Assembly: GCA_964016885.1 (NCBI GenBank)
Contig: OZ024745.1
Coordinates: 62,310,001-62,374,000 of the forward strand
Direction: 5' to 3'
Origin: Eledone cirrhosa
Lineage: Eukaryota
DNA: 64,000 nt
The notes under the pieces were generated by a model. That model made no database searches and was not told the origin of the DNA. It saw only the letters and a list, made by a program, of their open reading frames with translations. Position 1 is the first letter of the stretch. Each line of letters opens with the position of its first letter. Of this stretch, positions 13,131-26,780 are shown piece by piece. A program made the position numbers and the translations under genes.

Positions 13131-16100
13131 TATATTTAATGTTTCGCTCTTCCATGTAAACCCAGACATTTTATGTAATTTGTCTTTATAATATGACGTC
13201 ATTCGGAGACCTTGTGGCAAATAAAAATAAAACATTATTAATAATATTTATTATTAATATTTACTATTATTTTACCTAATATATTGGGCATTGATTATTT
13301 TATCTGCTAGAAACTACAGCCAAACAACTATTATATTGAAACAATAGGAATGGAAAGCACAACAATAAAAAAGGATACGTTACAATCACTCTCCCTTTAA
13401 ACTAGACCAACAAGAGAGTAATGAACATCAACGTACCAATTCAAAAACAAACGAAAAACATTACATATATATAAAGCAACGGTAGCAACAGAAAAACAAT
13501 TCTAATTACGCAAAAAAAAAGTATCAGCTTTGATAAAGAAGAATGAATAAGAATAATGGTAAAAAAATCACAACACAAACATAACACAATTGTAGTCAGC
13601 TACATCAACAAGAACAACACAATATTTGAACAAGCAAAAAATCACTAACAGCTATACAAACATTAACACTATTCTGTGTGAATAGCGTAGTTTATCTTGA
13701 ATGGGGGCGAGAAAGAAGTGAATACATTTAAAGACTAGCATTAGAAGTAGGTTTCCGAATAAGATTTGTTACTATTAGTTTCATTACAAGACTGGAAAAA
13801 GGAATATAAAATCGACATTTCTATGAAACTATATTAAAAGTATTATCTGTAAAATTTTACCATTCATTTTAGTTTTAAGGAAAACAGGATTTTTAGATTT
13901 GGCTACACGGATAGTGTTTCATCTTTGCTCTATTATAGTATAGATATGCAGATGTAAGATTTACTAAGGATCATTGATCTCAATATTAGATGCCAAAACA
14001 ATGTGTTTGGAACACTATAAATTTAGATTTATTAATCTTCTTAAACATATTCCTTGAATTTACCGTCCTCTTAATCATAATATTGTTGTACTATATCATC
14101 GATATAAAATATATTGTATCAACTGAAATCTCGTGGAAAGCATAAATCCTCTTTGTAGAGCGACTGGTTACGCTGGCTACCAATAATGGTAGGCCACGCA
14201 TGCCTTTCTATTAAACATTACAATCGCCGCAAATACAGTTCATATACTTACTCATAACATGTATGCCTTATAAAACTTGATTAAAAGCTGCAACCTAATT
14301 CAGGTATCTCAGCCGATACTATTATAAAAGATATCATAGATAGTCTCGAAAATCGTAGTCAGTAATAATTCAAAAGCCTTCATTCACCAATACATTACAT
14401 GAAGTCAAACGAGATGTTTCAATTAGTCCTGTGTATATTTGTAGTATCGCTCAGTTTTATTGTGGGAGCATATGACGCTGAATGTGAAGATACGTATCCG
14501 ATCATGTCACAGGATATATTCCAACACACCAAATAATTTACTTCAGATAATTACAAAATGATACGTCTGAAAACAATCCCTCCACTTGTAATATGATGCC
14601 ATTAGATAATGATTAAAATGTAACAGTTTGATTATTTTTGAATTTATTACACGATATTACAGAAATTAATTATATTTACTCAGAAAGGATGTACAACAAA
14701 TTGAATAGGTTGAAGAGATGAATTTAAAATATAGATATACGGGGAAAAAACACGGCATTCTTCTGTATTACGGTTTTCCGTTACACAATGAAGTATAATC
14801 TAAACGCCAGGTTTCCGATATCCTTTAGTATATGCATTAAAAAAAGCTATTGCTGGAATAACTAAGGTGAATAACAAATGACTGAGAAACCACTAACAGA
14901 ATTATATAATATTGTACGCATATAATCTGATTGTCAGCATTTTATCCACATTTTTTCATTGAAATTTCAGTTTAAATCTATTATTGTAGAACCTAGGATT
15001 CCCTCGATATCTGCTCATCTACAATCCGTAATTCTATAAATTATTTAATACATTTTTCCTCTCTTCGATACGCGCTTTATCTTTCACCTTCTAACAATAT
15101 TGTGTGTATTTTACATTATTTTGTATTTTCTTAGCCTGATAATGTCCAATTCCCTTAAACATAATTTCAACTATTTTCCTCTACATGGTTTATATTATCA
15201 AGCGAAACTAATTATTGATCAATGACATTGAAATACATACAAAAAGGTTCGTTGAGCACCCATCATATAGAATATTATAATTCAATAACGATAGTTTTCT
15301 TTGATAGGCCTGAAGCACTTTTTAAGAAAAATAATGATCTGCTAGACCTGCTACAATTCTATTCCGTTTCAATCTACACTAAAAAGTACCCGTTACCACA
15401 AATATTACTACGTAACGAAATGTTTCTACCTAAAGAATGTTTCGATACAACGAGAAATATACTACGAAATATAGAATTCTATGATTTATTATATGCATAT
15501 ATTCATCAGGGATTTGCTGGACAATGCTGCAGGTGATGTACCTCAAATAATCTATAGTGGTGACGTAAACTTGTATAAATCTCCCTTTGTAGAACTAACT
15601 TCTGTTTCATATATTAGGATCATGGTTTACATCATTCATTGCTTGGACATATCTTATAATTTCTATACATGCTTTTATCAACCGTAAGAGAAAGGACTCT
15701 CATCATCGAGGATAATACATCGCATGCATTCGCTTGCACATAAAAGGAAAACGTGGTTTATTTTACTCATGCAAGTAGATGATAAAATGTTTATTATACA
15801 GCTTGAATATAGAATTGCTTAAATTATAATATAATAAGTGCCATATTTGCTGCTCGATTAACTTTCACTTCACATCCACACATTCTTGTGAAGACCATTT
15901 ATCTCAGAACATCGTACAATATTTTGCTCCGAGCGAAATATTCCCCAATCACTTTTCACACACATGTTGACATATTCCCACACTGGCTTCCATTTACTGT
16001 TCTCACGTAACGTACACCATAATATGCGCCTACCTGTTGCAAATATTCCAAATATTTTTCTCTTCGTGTGGTTGTTTAAAATGCTTGCAAAATGCTCTTC

Positions 16101-16744
16101 TGAAATTATACTGTTGTTAATTGCTTAAAACAAAGTATATCTTATATTCTTTTCAACGCAGATGGAATTTAAAAAAAGTGGTTAGTTATACCTATATTAA
16201 ATCTACCTGTTCTATGATAAATATTTATAACTTACTTAATCGTCTTCGTATAAGGTATACGATCTATGTTAAATTCTACACGCCGCTTCCTATGCGCACG
16301 TTAATTCTAACTATGACAGATATTTTGTCCTGTATATTTGGTGTCGCTGAAGTGCTGAATGTTTAGTTGGTGTATGTGATGTGTGTAGTTGCGTCTGAAG
16401 CTGGAATTTACATGTTGTTCGAGGGTGGAAGGATATCTATTCACACACAAACACGTGAACCGTAACTTTCTGGGATTTACGGCGTCATTGGGTTAAAGTT
16501 ATATAACAATGCTTTATATATTGCATAAATGTGCGTGTCCATGTGTACAAGTAGGAGTATGAAAGAGTATTCCTATGAGCGTGTGTAATTTTATGTGTAC
16601 GTATATGTGAAAATATGTGCGAAAGGTGATTATACATAAACAAATAAATATAATATGTGGTTGAAGAAGTTTGTCCCGATAATCCAGAGTCCAATGATTC
16701 GAGATAGTAGTATTAACATAAAATAACATTCACCCTATATATAT

Positions 16745-16827
16745 ATAGTGCAAATTTATACGGGAACAAAACAGAGAGGCAGACAAATAATGGTTTATTA
16801 GGTTCACGCATAAGCCCTTCTTCAGGA

Positions 16828-16828
<1 letters not shown>
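16745..16828 (-). mobile_element. Retroelement 3'-end cassette in (TA)n with a decayed hammerhead-like motif
   Basis: Minus strand CTGAAGAAGGGCTTATGCGTGAAC followed by AATAAA; bounded by TA tracts. Confidence 0.45.
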
Positions 16829-16873
<45 letters not shown>

Positions 16874-18126
16874 GTGCGATTCTATCTAACACACACAAAG
16901 AATCACACGTGCTTATGTGTCATAAACATGTAAATAATATCATCGTCATGGCAATAATAATCATTTATTAGAGTATGTATACAGGATGTTAGTTTGATTC
17001 TAACATACACACTTTCGCGAACACATTTATACACAAAAAGATTACAAAGAAATAGGCACGTCTGCACACACGCACCACCAGACACACATACAAACACATT
17101 CACTCACAGATACACACACACCTATATATCCACACACTATAGGTTTATATGTGTGTGCTCTCTTTCCTTCTAATCAATACCATGCCTATAATGGCTAACT
17201 ATTCATCTATGATGATGATTGATGACAATGATGAAGGGAGAATTATCTTCATCATCTTAAACATGATTATAAAGAATTATGATCATTACACGTCATCATC
17301 ACCTAAGTTATCTGACTATTTTAGTCGCCGTCTTCATCATCGCCATCGTTTACATTTCATTAGATACACTCTCATAGGTTTATCGGATATTTACAAAAGA
17401 AATATATCAAATACTGTCGAAGATTGAAATCAGTTATATCACTGAAATATGGATGTAGTTTTTCTAATTTTACCATCTGCTTTCCTCTAATCGTCGTCCA
17501 CCAGATCAAGAAATAGAAGAGAGGATGCGTTCTATTTACATAGTATTAAATGTCCCTCTTTTGCTTCTAGCTTCTGCCTAGTTACCGATGCCCTTTTTGT
17601 CAATGGTTAAGGCTGGATAATAGTGAAATTTGATGTTCTTGTTGAACAACTTCAACTTGACAGCGTTCATTGATGTAGCTCTTCGTTCCGATTAGGATTT
17701 CGTAAATGTGTCAGCGAGTGTTATAAATCGGAATATTCTACAAATGCTTTTTTGTTATTAAAAAAGTGTGTTTTATAGTTACTATTAATTTTCCATTCAT
17801 GCAAATCGTATCCTATTTGAAGAACCTTCTTCCGACTGCATTATTCATGACGGAAACGAAGATGAACATAGCTTAAACGCATTTTATTACACATCTTATT
17901 CACGGCGGCAAGCAACACATATCAACTACCAGGCAGCAGTTCATTAATTGTATAAATTATATATATTTTGGCTTCCACCTTTTATATATCTATATATACA
18001 TATACACGCAGACACACACACACACACATACACACACACATATATATGTATATATATATATATATATATACATTATTCCGGGTTGAATCGGAGGTAACCA
18101 CAGTAAGTAAGGTACTCAATACATTT

Positions 18127-18177
18127 AGATTCCTGATGATTTCTAAAGAATGAAACAGTTCTAGTCCTGTAGAATCT
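18127..18177 (+). ncRNA. Type I hammerhead ribozyme candidate
   Basis: AGATTC-CTGATGA-T TTC TAAA GAA T-GAA-ACAG TTCTAGTC CTGT-A-GAATCT. Helix I 6 bp, helix II 3 bp with a U-U pair at 10.1/11.1, helix III 4 bp, GUA cleavage triplet. Confidence 0.75.
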
Positions 18178-18179
18178 CA

Positions 18180-18290
<111 letters not shown>

Positions 18291-18656
18291 GTAGAGCATG
18301 GTTTGCTAACTGTTGGGGAGCTAACTTTGTATATATATATGTGCATATGTGTCCGTGTTCATGTGCGGGCTTGCGTTTGTGCGCCTGCACACTCGCACAC
18401 GTACACATGAACAGCCACACATCTCTGCCAAACATACATGCAAGCATCCACACGCTCACACATATGTACGAACACACTCCCATAAACAACACATTTAACG
18501 CCCACACATGTAAACGTACCGTAATCTGCTCCCCACAAACACACAAACACCCAGTGCAAATCGGCCTAATACCCCTCATCCCCACCAGAATGCCGGACCA
18601 CTCCCCCTCTCTCCGTTATGTTTTTATTTTTGTAATTTCTGCCTAACGTTATAAGG

Positions 18657-18965
18657 TGTGAGCCCCGCGAGTTGGAGTGGCTTTTCCAGCGCGTCTCCCT
18701 TGCCGTTCTTCGGGGAAACGCCTTCTCCATTCTGTCAGCCGGGGCTGTAAGTGGGCCCCATCGCGTACCAATACATTAGTTAAATACCATTCTTTCATCT
18801 GATATAACACCTTTTAGATCCTACTTCAATTTATTTAGTTTTATTTTTGGCATTTTTCATTCTTTAACGTTATTTTCTTTGCTATTTTCTTTGCTATTTT
18901 CATTTTATGCCATTCCTGATGAAGGGAATATGTTGACTATGAAAGATTTTTATTCTGAAATCTAC
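18657..18965 (+). mobile_element. 3' end of a CRE-like (RLE-type) non-LTR retrotransposon with putative 3' UTR
   Basis: Translation CEPRELEWLFQRVSLAVLRGNAFSILSAG matches the CRE-clade C-terminal motif (G)EPRExxWLFQRLSxAxxRGNA. An AT-rich tail follows with CTGATGAAG-GGAATA...TATTCT-GAAA. Confidence 0.65.
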
Positions 18966-20914
18966 CCTTGTTCACATTATTTTATTTTTCACTTTATTTT
19001 TATTTGTTCACTTTATTTTATTTTTTCCTACTTCGCAGCAAATACAATCGTGAAAAGACAAATTAACTGCGATTTCCCCATTCTTTTGATAAAAATAAAG
19101 AATATCTGTCATTATCGCATAGTATTATTAAAACACGAAGCAAATTATAACGGCAACAATGTCTGAATAACAATGGATGTTATAAAATAATGTTTAAAAC
19201 TGTAGCAGCATGGAACCAGTAGATTTTCAGGTAATATGGTCAAGTATTGTCCTTTGTCTGACATAGTGTATGGAATACATTCTGATCTCCATTTTTACAC
19301 ACATAATTATCAAAGACCAGACTTTTTATTGCATACTGGATTTTATGACATATTTTGTAATAACACATATGTTTCTACCACGACATATGTACATTAGCAA
19401 AGCAATAATTGTTTTCGAGAGTATAAATCAAATAAAGATTATTAATGATTTAAAATAACATAGCAAATATTTAGATCGTATTCTTCCTTAAAATTGGCTA
19501 CTGTATTAACGCATGAATATCTACAGAACTAATAAATGATTCAGACTTTACATGACACATGCAAAATATATGCCGATTTCTATACGCGCCATCATTGTGT
19601 GATCATATGTTATAAGCGACAATAAATAGCGGACGATTTAAATTAATAACGAACAAATATATCGCAAAATGACATTTAAAATGCGTGTATATCATTCATC
19701 ATGATAGACCTTTTATTACATTGTACGACATCCATGCATTATAACACATTATTGTTATGAATATGTTCTTGTGGAAAAGAATGTCACAGAATCTATGGCT
19801 AACCGTAAACAAATAGCCAGTATTGTACCTTGTCAAACTTATCAACTATAAGTAATAAAGACGTGGAAGATAGAGTAAATAAAACACTCACACACAGAAA
19901 GTAAATCATAATAATGTCGTGGGTAATACCATTATTACTGATTACGGCGAACGATGCTGCGGCGGCATATAGTGAACTTGCCGACAGCATAATGGGTTTT
20001 ATGAACCTACCCGTATAGGAAGCAGATATCTACAAGAAGAAGCAACCATTCATTTATTAAGTACGTCCAATTGTAGAAATTCTATAAACTAAACAGGAAT
20101 CCATGGAGGCATGCTGGTCGCCGTTTGCACATTCATTCACTCGGTGCGATGCCTAAGCTCTGGTTTGAAGACATGACGCCTAGCCGGCATAACGACTCCA
20201 ATCGCGCGATCGGCACCAGCGAAGGGGAAATTTTCAACCGAAATAAGATGGATCGGCGGCGAGCAACACATATCAACTACCAGGCAGCAGATAGCGGTTT
20301 TCTGCGGCAGAGGATACGTCTTTTAATCTTAAATCAATATTTTTATATGTATCATGTTTGTATAGACATTTTTGCATGTACAAAAATTGGCAATGTAAGG
20401 TCGAAGAGACACTCATGCCCTAACAGACGAACGGGATGCGTATTATATATATATATAGCATGAGTGAAATAGCAAGTTGGGGAGAGAGAAATAGTGTGAG
20501 AATACGATCTCATAAAGGCAATTATCACAACGTTGACTCACATGCACATTTCTTAAAGAGAAACATGGGCGCATGTACACACACATACGCACACATACAG
20601 ACATAAGTAATGCAATTTTATGCATCCAAGTGAACACCTGCGAAATTTTGAGTTTTTATTTCAGATTATTCTGAGATGCCTTTAAAACTTATTACAATAT
20701 TTTTGTTATGTTAAATATATCATTTCAATTATTATAACTGCAGAATACATTATATATAAGAGTTATACATACATACTTACGTACTTGTATGCACATGCGC
20801 ACACGCGCACACACACATAAGTATGCGAAAATTAATCGGACTGAACAAAGCGTACTGCTCAGTACAATGAAGTATAGTATATTAGTGTAGCTCTTGATAT
20901 AGTAGGAAAAGTGG

Positions 20915-20948
20915 TTTTACGTTTCGGATTTTAGGTCTTCATCAGAAG
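20915..20948 (-). ncRNA. Degenerate minimal hammerhead-like motif
   Basis: Minus strand CTGATGAAGACCTAAAATCCGAAACGTA; helix II and helix I are poorly paired. Confidence 0.35.
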
Positions 20949-21416
20949 ATTGTAAGTGCTTAATGAAACAAAGCTTATTTGTTTTAGAAACTGTATTAAG
21001 AAAGACATTTCGTCTTCATATTTTGGTTATTTTGATGTATTTTCATATATATTTTATTTAATTTCTCGCCATTCTAATGATAAATTTTCCCTTCTTTCCT
21101 TCTCGTTAATATCATTTGTTTCTCTTTAATATTTTATCTTTGTAGGTCGTTTGTAATAATCTACACCGTTCTTGCCCTTTTAGGTTTTAATTTGCTAAAT
21201 TGATTGTTTACTTCTCAGCAGAAATCTCTAGTGGAAAACTAACTACTTAGTACTTGTACATAAACAGACACACAAAGACATACACGAACACACATACACA
21301 GTCACACAAGCATAACATTTATTATATATATATATACACTATATATAAATACACACATAAACACACACACACGTACACACACACACATATACACCCCTCG
21401 CCACACACATACACAC

Positions 21417-21447
<31 letters not shown>

Positions 21448-21487
21448 GTGCAAACGTATGTGTATATGTGTGTAAACCTATGAATGT

Positions 21488-21489
<2 letters not shown>

Positions 21490-21540
<51 letters not shown>
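21490..21540. repeat. (TG)n microsatellite
   Basis: Directly visible. Confidence 0.97.
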
Positions 21541-21543
<3 letters not shown>

Positions 21544-21939
21544 ATCGTTATTTATGCTCACAATATAAATTACCACATAAATCATGGCATGTCCAAATGA
21601 AAGTAATGCGAATTATTTGATTAGAGAATATCTAGTAGTAAAAAAAATACAATTGTCATGGCAATAAGGAAACAAAAAAAAAGGAAGGAATATAAGAAAA
21701 AAGAGTAAACAAAGGAATTAAAAAAACGAAAGAAATGGATATGTGGACGGAGCGACAGACTCTATAACTGTGTCAGAGCGGTGTTTCAGTTGTGCTCTAA
21801 TAGAATTGTGAAGTTATTACTACGGAGAATCGACAGAGACATCCACTGCAGCAGTAGCAGTATGTCACATGGCTTTTTCCTTAGACGGGCTTCATCTTTC
21901 CGATATTACAACGGATATCTGCAGTGCGGGGTAAGTGAT

Positions 21940-22492
21940 GCGAGTGGCATAAAAAGTTTCAAATAGGGAAGCACAAACGTGGAGGACGGCCCCCAGGACA
22001 AGAAGGCTTTCGACGAGCAGGACGGAGGCCAACGTTGAGTGCTTGATACAGGTGGTTCGTGGTGATCGTCACCCGACTGTTCGCCTGATTGCAAGCGAGA
22101 TGGTCATAAAACGCCACAACGTCTGGTAGGTTATCATCGAAGATTTGAATATGTGGAAGATCCGGCAATTCCTGATAGAGAAGAACATCGCCGTGTTCTT
22201 CCTATTCATCCGAGCTGGCTACGTGTGATTTTTACCCCTTTTCTCTAAGTTTAAGAACGTCATTAAGGGTACCTAGTTTTCAGATGTGAAAACCAACAAA
22301 CGAGCCCTGACGACGGATCTGTGGAGAATCCCAGGAGAATCCTTCCATGTGAGCATGGAGGCGTGGTTGAGAAGGTTGGACACGTGTCTTAGACTCGAGG
22401 AGGATTATTTCGAAGGGGAAAACCTGTAGTTACTTTAAATTTGAAATAATATTTTGTAACCCCAGTCCTGCCTCTTTTCTGACAAACTTCGT
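21940..22492 (+). mobile_element. Mariner transposase pseudogene with internal deletion and right TIR
   Basis: EWHKKF..G..NVEDGPRTRRLSTS...DRHPTVRLIASEM...EDLNMWK joins directly to IRQFLIEKNIAV..PYSSELATCDF (YSPDLAPCDF-like) and ...DYFEGENL*. The central part of the catalytic domain is deleted. TIR-like end at about 22463-22492. Confidence 0.85.
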
Positions 22493-23203
22493 CGTTTTAA
22501 TACAGTGTTCTATGAATATGAAATTCAATTATATGTGAAATATTATTCTCCCTCTTATAGTTCTGGTTAAATCTAATGGTTCCGCCTTGTAATCTTTTGT
22601 TGATATTTTTTATACAGGTGTTGCATGTTGTCTGACTGAGATATTGTATGTGAGGGAGATATCACACATAAAGGTAATCTCTAGGTTAATTATGTTTTTA
22701 CTAATGGATAATTTGTATTGCCAAAAAATTATAGTTGATATTGAGAAAAATATCAAATGATAACAAATATTATTTGAATTTTTATTGCCATTGATGACGC
22801 AATAAATACAGTGCTCGACAATATTACCTCTGGTATTACGATACGTTCCTTTATGGATATATCGATACCATATCAATAATTAAGTGTCCCCCAACTGCTT
22901 GGTTAAATCAAATCAAACCTTCAAGCTTTGATTGTATTGTATTAAAACAATCTTACATATATTTTTCTTATTCAATGTTTCTTGACATACTAGATCAATA
23001 TATGACATCATGCTCCTACATATTATAATACAGATCACGTATGACTTTCTCAGAGTGAATGCCAGAATGTTTGTAAACATCTGTTTGCGTGTGAGTGATT
23101 CTGTGTATGCATGAATGTGAGCGATCTTTGAAAATGTACCTTGCCTCGGAGAGACGATAATCATAACTATTATAAGCAAAACAGAAATAATAAATACAAA
23201 TAA

Positions 23204-23208
<5 letters not shown>

Positions 23209-23278
<70 letters not shown>
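23209..23278. repeat. (TA)n microsatellite
   Basis: Directly visible. Confidence 0.97.
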
Positions 23279-23280
<2 letters not shown>

Positions 23281-25651
23281 TATATATCAAATTAATTATG
23301 AATTATTATGAATCTCTTATTTTGACCTGGTTGGGATGAAATGTAACTTACAATAACTCTTTGGGCCGTCTAGATTGATGAAATTCCACATTAGTTCAAT
23401 TCAGACCTTATTGATATCATTCTTTGTTGAGATCGTGTGGAATTATTAACCATATTATTAGTGCTTCTGAATGCCTACTCTTCATGTTATTAATAAAACT
23501 TGCACAATTCGAAATCGTTTACATCTCACCGTTAGGTCGGATCAGATGTCGATAAATTGGCTTTTCACAGAAATATTTAAGGCGGATTATAACTTATTCC
23601 CATACATTTAATATGCCAACATATATATCTTTAAGGTTTTGATTGTGATTTCTGGAGAATAATTATAATATTTGTGGTAAGCAATTTTCTTCTTTTGGAA
23701 GAATTATGCAGCAATATTAATAAATGCTTTGAAATATTTATAATATTAAAATATAAGAATTCAAGTGTCAATTTAATATCAGCTTTCATCTGAATATTAG
23801 CAAAATCACCGAAATTAAATGTAATAAAATTAATTGTTTACAGTTATTTTTAGCATAAATGCCTTTACATAATTTGTCAGGATATTATATTTCCATAATG
23901 TAGCTAATTCTTTTATTTGCAAATTATTGCTTATGTTTCTTCAAACTGCATATCTCTCAAATTTTAACTTAACTGATGATAGTTAGAATTGAAGAGAAAT
24001 ATAATGGTGTTGTCTGTAGCTGGTAGTTCACAGCTCTATTTAAGCCGTTAATTATTTTTATGAGGATTAGTTTCAATTATCTATTGAATTGGATCATGCT
24101 CTGTAAGATATGGTGAATGCTGTGATATATGAAGAACAGAAATTCAAAATAAATTACTTTATTATGCCTTTGATATTTAAGAAAGTAATTCAATTTTCGT
24201 CTTGCTATTGTTAGTTTAAGTTCTCTGTACCTTAGATTAATAGCCATATGGATGATACTCTCCCGACCAAAGATAAATACAGTTATGGTTCATAGTATTA
24301 GGAAAATCTAATTGAATACTATAAAAATTACTCACTGAAATCATAAATGTGTGTTGTTGGTTAACGCCTACAATATCTGATTATAGTAAACCAATATTTC
24401 GGATGTAACTATATTTCGAATCGACAATTTGGGAATGATTTAAATGAAATTGAATTTCATAAACGAACATCCAAGCAATATTTCACTAACATATCTTTTA
24501 ATTTTGAATCAGGACTGATATAAAGTATTGGAGAATTAGCCCACCATATCTCATATGAAATTGTATCATTTTATAAAGTTTCCAAGCGGAATATTGTAAG
24601 AACGATTTCGCAATGGAATTCATGATATGCCACATACCAAAGTTGTAAAATGGCATAATAGATATTCTGAAAAATATAAATGAACGAGGATTATAATACT
24701 AGAACCATGAAATAAAAGGTGATTTGTTAAGCAAACGTCATTAGATAAGAGGAATTCCTAAAATATATTTCAATGTTTACAATTATTGCAAGAGTTGTAT
24801 CCTTATATTCAAACCCAACCGTCGCATGGCAGTGAATTTGTGCAAGATATGTTTGGAAAATGGTAATTTCATAATTCCTCTACCCTCTTTTAATCTTTAA
24901 CTCTCTCTCTGAATGTTTACATCTCTCATACGCTTACTCTCTCTCTCTCCCAATGTCTCTCTCCCTTTCTCTCTCTCTCTCTCTCATTTCTTCTCACAAA
25001 TTGGACAATTTGGTATTTAGTTTTTCGCCAGTTATCCCTAGCTATTTACATATGCCTTTAATTAACAATTCATCTACTCGTTCATCTCCACCACATTCTC
25101 TCTCTCTTTCTTTCTCTATATCTCTCTCTCTCTCACTCTCTCTCCCCCTCTCTCTCTCTCTATCTATCTCTCTTCATATATATCTATTAACGTATCTTTA
25201 AACAGCTGTTTGGCATTCTCAACTGTGACATGTTCTCAGAGCAACAGAGTTGTGATAGCGAAGTTCTCAAATGATCATTTGTATATAAACATCTAGTATA
25301 TGCTTTCTTATACGCCCATATATTACAATTATGACAATTATGAAGAACCAGCAAACTTCGCACTATATGGAAATGAACATTTCTAGCCGATGTTTTTTAT
25401 TTCCGATAAGTGAATATGCATCTTCAGCAAATCGTATAACATTTTTATAGTCTCTAGTTTAATTCCATATCTGTACCGTTTGAGTGAATGTATCGGATGA
25501 AGGGTAACGAATCTTGAATCTGCTCTCTGACATTCACAACGGCCACTCAGATATATATGGCATGTTCACAGAGAAAAATAGACATAATCTTTTCATGATG
25601 ATGTGAAAGGGATGTACTCATATGTTATATATATATATATATATATATATA

Positions 25652-25790
25652 CTGAGTCTAGGAATAGCCGTCGAAACGGGTTGAGCTCTGCCGTAAGGCT
25701 CAAACATTTTCCTATTACCCACTCTACTACCCTAAGTATTGAGTACTCTAGTGCGTTATGGTCCATCTGGTTCTTTATCACAGCTTCGTT
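25652..25790 (+). mobile_element. 5'-truncated retroelement tail cassette between (TA)n tracts
   Basis: GTCGAAACGGGTT half-motif and the ATTGAGTAC tail motif related to the cassettes at 18071 and 59597. Confidence 0.4.
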
Positions 25791-25979
25791 ATATATATAT
25801 ATATATATAGTATATGCTTTCATATACGCCCATGTTTTATTTCAAGTAGAGCTACTGCCAGTTATATAAATAAATAAATAAATAGATAGAGAGAGAGAGA
25901 GGCTGGATTACCTTCCATTTGTGATCTTGAGTCAAAAATCTGCGAAACCCACGAAACGAAATTCCTCGTTATTCCTTCT

Positions 25980-26032
<53 letters not shown>

Positions 26033-26036
<4 letters not shown>

Positions 26037-26269
26037 CATATTTATATCAGCCCTTCCCAATGTATTCATAGACTAAAGAGGCGGATCTCGAATAACGAGT
26101 AAATACAATTCCACATGCCTAACGTGTGTACATTTGTCCGCATGCCTCGAAAATATATGTACAAACACAGCATATACATACTTACCACAGTATCTATCCA
26201 TCTAACTATTTTATGTCCACGCACGCACAGAGACACACACCAACACACACACACACACACACACATATC

Positions 26270-26301
<32 letters not shown>

Positions 26302-26346
26302 CATATATATATATACATATATATACATATATATATACATATATAT

Positions 26347-26422
<76 letters not shown>

Positions 26423-26453
26423 ATATATATGTATATATATATGTATATATATG

Positions 26454-26485
<32 letters not shown>

Positions 26486-26488
26486 TAG

Positions 26489-26571
<83 letters not shown>

Positions 26572-26780
26572 GGTGTGTGTCTGTGTGCGTACGTGGACAT
26601 AAAATAGTTAGATGGATAGATACTGTGGTAAGTATGTATATGCTGTGTTTGTACATATATTTTCGAGGCATGCGGACAAATGTACACACGTTAGGCATGT
26701 GGAATTGTATTTACTCGGTATTCGAGATCCGCCTCTTTAGTCTATGAATACATTGGGAAGGGCTGATATAAATATGATTT
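26033..26780. repeat. 748-bp palindrome centred on a (TA)n tract
   Basis: About 210-bp unique arms (AAATCATATTTATATCAGCCCTTCCC... / ...GGGAAGGGCTGATATAAATATGATTT) plus mirrored microsatellite interruptions. Near-identical ORFs appear on both strands. Confidence 0.95.

Noticed and set aside
13330-13680. A/C-rich stretch reminiscent of a LINE ORF1 5' relic
   Set aside because: Compositional similarity only; no alignable motif
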